Positions 61,203-64,000 of a DNA stretch of 64,000 bases are shown one piece after another (the stretch's first letter is position 1; each line of letters begins with the position of its first letter). Location of the stretch: contig CAWJZV010000004.1 of assembly GCA_963847445.1 (NCBI GenBank), positions 128,001 through 192,000 on the forward strand, read 5' to 3'. The notes beneath the pieces are model-generated. The model was not told the DNA's origin and made no database searches. It was given only the letters and a program-made list of their open reading frames with translations. The position numbers and the translations under genes were made by a program. Source of the DNA: an uncultured delta proteobacterium (GTDB taxonomy: Bacteria > Desulfobacterota > Binatia > UBA9968).

Positions 61203-61682
61203 ATGAATAAAACCAAAAACTCGGCAACGCGGCGTAGCTCCAGAGCCGTCTCCGCGAGAACGAACAAGGGTGAGCACGGTGTTGGTGTTCCGCCACAACA
61301 GTCCGAGGAAGATGAAGAGCGACTGCCACCTGCAATCATCGAAGAGCTGAAACGTCGCCTTCGAGAGTCACGCGATCCCGTGCGCTATATGCTAGTCTCA
61401 GAATTTAGTCGACGATTTATCCTTTACTACAACGTTTCAAGTGATACCTATGTCATGAACGAACCGAGTGGCGGGACGCTTTTCAAACGCCGCGAGGCGG
61501 CAGAAAGTGTCAAGAAACTCCTCGGCAAAAGAATCTCGATCGTCAAGTACACGAAAAAGCATGGCAAGCTGAAACCTCTCTCGCAGTATCATAGTAGCTG
61601 GTCCTTCAAAGCAATAAGACCGCACTATGCTGAAAATCAGACTCATCGGTTCGGCCAAAGAAAGAGAGCGACGCATGATTGA
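61203..61682 (+). CDS. Hypothetical protein
   Basis: 159-aa ORF in the cassette-like island; no recognisable motif. Confidence 0.5.
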   Translation: MNKTKNSATRRSSRAVSARTNKGEHGVGVPPQQSEEDEERLPPAIIEELKRRLRESRDPVRYMLVSEFSRRFILYYNVSSDTYVMNEPSGGTLFKRREAAESVKKLLGKRISIVKYTKKHGKLKPLSQYHSSWSFKAIRPHYAENQTHRFGQRKRATHD

Positions 61683-62121
61683 TCCGAAGAAGCAGGCAAG
61701 AATCGATGAGGTCAAAGCGCTACTGGCCGATTTCTCACAACAGCACCTGACGTCCGCGTCTGATGTCGCCGGTTACATCGAGAAACTGTGGGACCAGATT
61801 GGCAGGAAGCGAAGCTACGTCATCACCGGCGGAACTAAGGAGGTATGGGCGTCGGCTGTCGTGTATGTGATCGCCCGTCTGAACTTCCTTTTTGACAAAG
61901 CCAACCCAAAGTACCTTACCGCGGACACGATCTGCGACCATTTCGGCACGAAGAAAGGGACGGTGTCGACGCGCGCCGCGGAGATCGAGAAGGCGTGCCG
62001 GATACGTGTGGGGCATGAGGGGCTGTGCAGTCCCGAGATTTCCGACGATCTGACGTTTGTCCAGCTTTCAAACGGAATGGTGCTCCCCAAACGCATGGCC
62101 CGAGAAATGGGCCTCTTGTAA
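61675..62121 (+). CDS. DUF6398-like hypothetical protein
   Basis: RKR..GGTKEVWASAVVY.IARLNFLFDK..ICDHFGTKKGTV..A..I pattern. Confidence 0.65.
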   Translation: MIDPKKQARIDEVKALLADFSQQHLTSASDVAGYIEKLWDQIGRKRSYVITGGTKEVWASAVVYVIARLNFLFDKANPKYLTADTICDHFGTKKGTVSTRAAEIEKACRIRVGHEGLCSPEISDDLTFVQLSNGMVLPKRMAREMGLL

Positions 62122-62154
62122 TCTGAACAAGATGACCGAACCAAGCACTGTACC

Positions 62155-62271
62155 GCGTTGATTCGCCTTGGATCTGGCCGTGTCAGACATGCCGAACTTG
62201 ACTGGTGAGAGACGCATGGCATCGGAAGGAAGGAATTCAACTGTAAGCGAAACTTGGAATTAATGCGATGA
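62155..62271 (+). pseudogene. 5'-truncated remnant of the usual upstream partner of the 62268 gene
   Basis: ALIRLGSGRVRHAELDW*ETHGIGRKEF with in-frame TGA at 62206; frame ends in an ATGA overlap with the next gene. Confidence 0.55.
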
Positions 62272-62515
62272 GATCAAGTAAATGGCTGAAAGCTCGCTTT
62301 GCGATCTGCGTCGACAATTCGGAATATCCGGTCGCGCTCGATCTTCACAAACTTTATCGAGTGATTCCAGACGAGCTTGGAAGGAAGGACGGCGATTTGC
62401 GGATTATCGATGAAAGCGGCGAAGATTATCTCTATTCGGCGGAGCATTTCTTGATAGTTGACATACCCCGGGAGCGGCACAGGCGCTGAACAAGTCGTTC
62501 GCGCGCCGCACTTGA
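62268..62515 (+). CDS. Small conserved hypothetical protein (CVDN..Y...IDESGEDYLY family); probable frameshift near 62470
   Basis: FAICVDNSEYPVALDLHKLYRVIPD..RIIDESGEDYLY. Confidence 0.65.
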
Positions 62516-62558
62516 CCAGATGAAGGACCTCGCCGCAAGTAGCGGGGCGTCTGAAGTT

Positions 62559-62636
62559 GTAGGGTGGGTGGAGGCGCAACGCGCCGATACCCACCGTTCG
62601 AAATGATGGGTATCGCTTTCGCTCCACCCATCCTAC
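62559..62636. repeat. GTAG-type REP doublet (REPIN-like)
   Basis: GTAGGGTGGGTGGAG..GATACCCA / TGGGTATC..CTCCACCCATCCTAC. Confidence 0.8.
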
Positions 62637-62722
62637 GTCGGAATCACAGCGCAACAAGCTACGGGCAATTAACCCGCAGCGATTAAAGCCGCGGCTCGCC
62701 CAAAGTTATGAGGAATAATAAT

Positions 62723-62996
62723 ATGGATTTGAAGATTCTCTCAACCGTCTTCACTTCCGTCTTCATCGCCGAACTCGGCGACAAGACCCAACTTGCCACG
62801 ATGCTGTTCGCGTCGGACAAAGACACCAGTAAATTGACGGTCTTTCTCGGCGCCGCCGCTGCGCTCATAGTAACTTCCGCCATCGGTGTTGCCGCCGGCT
62901 CGGTTGTATCGCAGTATGTGAGCGAGAAAACTTTGCAGTACGTGGCGGGAGTCGGTTTTATCGGAATCGGGAGTCTGGACCTTGGTGAAAGCGTAA
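62723..62996 (+). CDS. TMEM165/GDT1-family (UPF0016) single-repeat membrane protein; frameshift near 3' end
   Basis: FIAELGDKTQLATM signature. Confidence 0.85.
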
Positions 62997-63007
62997 AGAA
63001 AAACGCC

Positions 63008-63274
63008 ATGAAACGTAAGAAAACACTGAAACGACGAATGAGTACGGGCGGAGATACGACTTCGATTATTCAAAGGCTGTCCATGGCAAATACTTCCAGC
63101 GGTTGATGAAGGAGGGCTCAAACGTTGTCGTACTCGAGCCCGACGTCGCGAAAGAGTTTCGTGGCTCGGCAGCGGTGAACGATGCGCTCCGATCGTTACT
63201 CCAGGTGTCAGAAAGCGACTCTTCGTTTAACTTCACGATCCACACCGGCGAGCCGCAAGCGCGCCGTCGGATAA
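63008..63274 (+). CDS. Antitoxin-like small protein (BrnA-like); frameshifted, no toxin gene adjacent
   Basis: YDFDYSKAVHGKYFQRL..NVVVLEPDVAKEF..SAAVNDALRSLL in shifted frames. Confidence 0.55.
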
Positions 63275-63303
63275 TTGATCACGATAAGATATTCGGAGCG
63301 ACC

Positions 63304-63615
63304 ATGAGCAAATACCTAATGAACAAACTGATTCACCTCGTCAACATGGATGAGAAAGCCGAAGAAAAGTATTGCGCCAACCCGCGCGGGTTCGTCGAAG
63401 ATTGGGAGAAAACCCAGAAGCTAAAACTGACGCCGGAAGAACGCGAGGCGCTGGCGACCAAGGACTATGGCAAGCTATACGCTCTCGGCGCCCATCCGTT
63501 CACGCTCTGGAGTTTTACCGAAGCGGTCTGGATACACGAAGTGGCGCGACCCGAATTGGTGGCGGACTACAAAGCCAAGGCTGCCAAGGCGGGATATCCG
63601 AATTTTAAAACCTAG
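63304..63615 (+). CDS. LigA-like small alpha subunit of class III extradiol dioxygenase
   Basis: MSKYLMNK..LTPEEREAL..DYGKLYALGAHPF; GGAG RBS before ATG 63304. Confidence 0.72.
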   Translation: MSKYLMNKLIHLVNMDEKAEEKYCANPRGFVEDWEKTQKLKLTPEEREALATKDYGKLYALGAHPFTLWSFTEAVWIHEVARPELVADYKAKAAKAGYPNFKT

Positions 63616-63619
63616 AAGA

Positions 63620-63702
63620 AGGCAATCGGCAGTAGGCAATTAGTCGCGGAAAACACGATCGCGAATTCCTTACTGCTGCCTAATGCCTGTTGCCTGTTGC
63701 CT
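63620..63702. repeat. Inverted heptamer tandem arrays (AGGCAAT / TTGCCTG)
   Basis: AGGCAAT CGGCAGT AGGCAAT ... CTGCCTA ATGCCTG TTGCCTG TTGCCT. Confidence 0.65.
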
Positions 63703-64000
63703 CGTATATTCCTTCCAATCGCTGACCCCGCTGATCAAATCCGAAATCACCAACAGGTGCGCTAAATTATTCTGCTCGGGCTTGCGCAGCACATGGGGCG
63801 GCTCGCCGCCCGTCTTGAATGTCGCGGATCGCTTTCTCCATCAGCTTGCGCGCCGCCACGATGGCGATGTCGGAGGAGACGATGTTTTCCTGCGTGCGGT
63901 TTTGTATCGCACCCTGGCTGCCGGTGGCGAAGGCGTCGTGGGTCTGAAAGCCGCTCCCCATTCCGGTATAGGTCTGCGTCTGCATCGACTGGCGGTCTTG
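63670..64000 (-). CDS. Rieske aromatic oxygenase alpha subunit (phthalate dioxygenase/LigX-type), C-terminal part; 5' end outside window
   Basis: QDRQSM..YTGM..HDAFATGSQGAIQNRTQENIVSSDIAI..R motif. Confidence 0.78.

Noticed and set aside
63103-63615. Antitoxin-LigA fusion (170-aa ORF)
   Set aside because: The LigA-like part has its own RBS and ATG at 63304; the antitoxin probably ends at 63274 in a shifted frame.

Overview
GC-rich bacterial chromosomal segment. The gene repertoire (many orphan NMT1/TauA, Bug and Fe-type ABC components, UbiD, Rieske, LigAB, XDH family) resembles Deltaproteobacteria-like lineages such as Ca. Binatia (inference, not verified). About 30 genes, including housekeeping ones (rplU, nadD, proA, proB, gpmI, metH), are split by single-base indels, most likely long-read errors, so the gene models below are reconstructed across frames. 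Content: (1) 0.5-7 kb minus strand: ABC components, a UbiD decarboxylase and a stand-alone sigma54-driven PaaA-like diiron protein. (2) 7-31 kb: N-heterocycle/nucleobase catabolism and salvage genes (GntR, allantoinase/dihydroorotase-like, three-subunit Mo-hydroxylase, amidase with AtzG/GatC-like partner, deaminase, pyrE, carbamoylase, atypical pyrR, ABC importer). (3) 31-48 kb: housekeeping genes (sahR-metH, DTW, comF, gpmI, rsfS, nadD, proAB, obgE, rpmA, rplU, lemA-TPM). (4) 48-64 kb: aromatic-catabolism cluster whose ligB-like and ligA-like genes are separated by a ~2.8 kb island of small cassette-like genes with attC-like remnants. Intergenic spaces hold many inverted-repeat elements built from 6-9 bp tandem units, some nested. 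No rRNA, tRNA, CRISPR array, transposase or integrase was seen.
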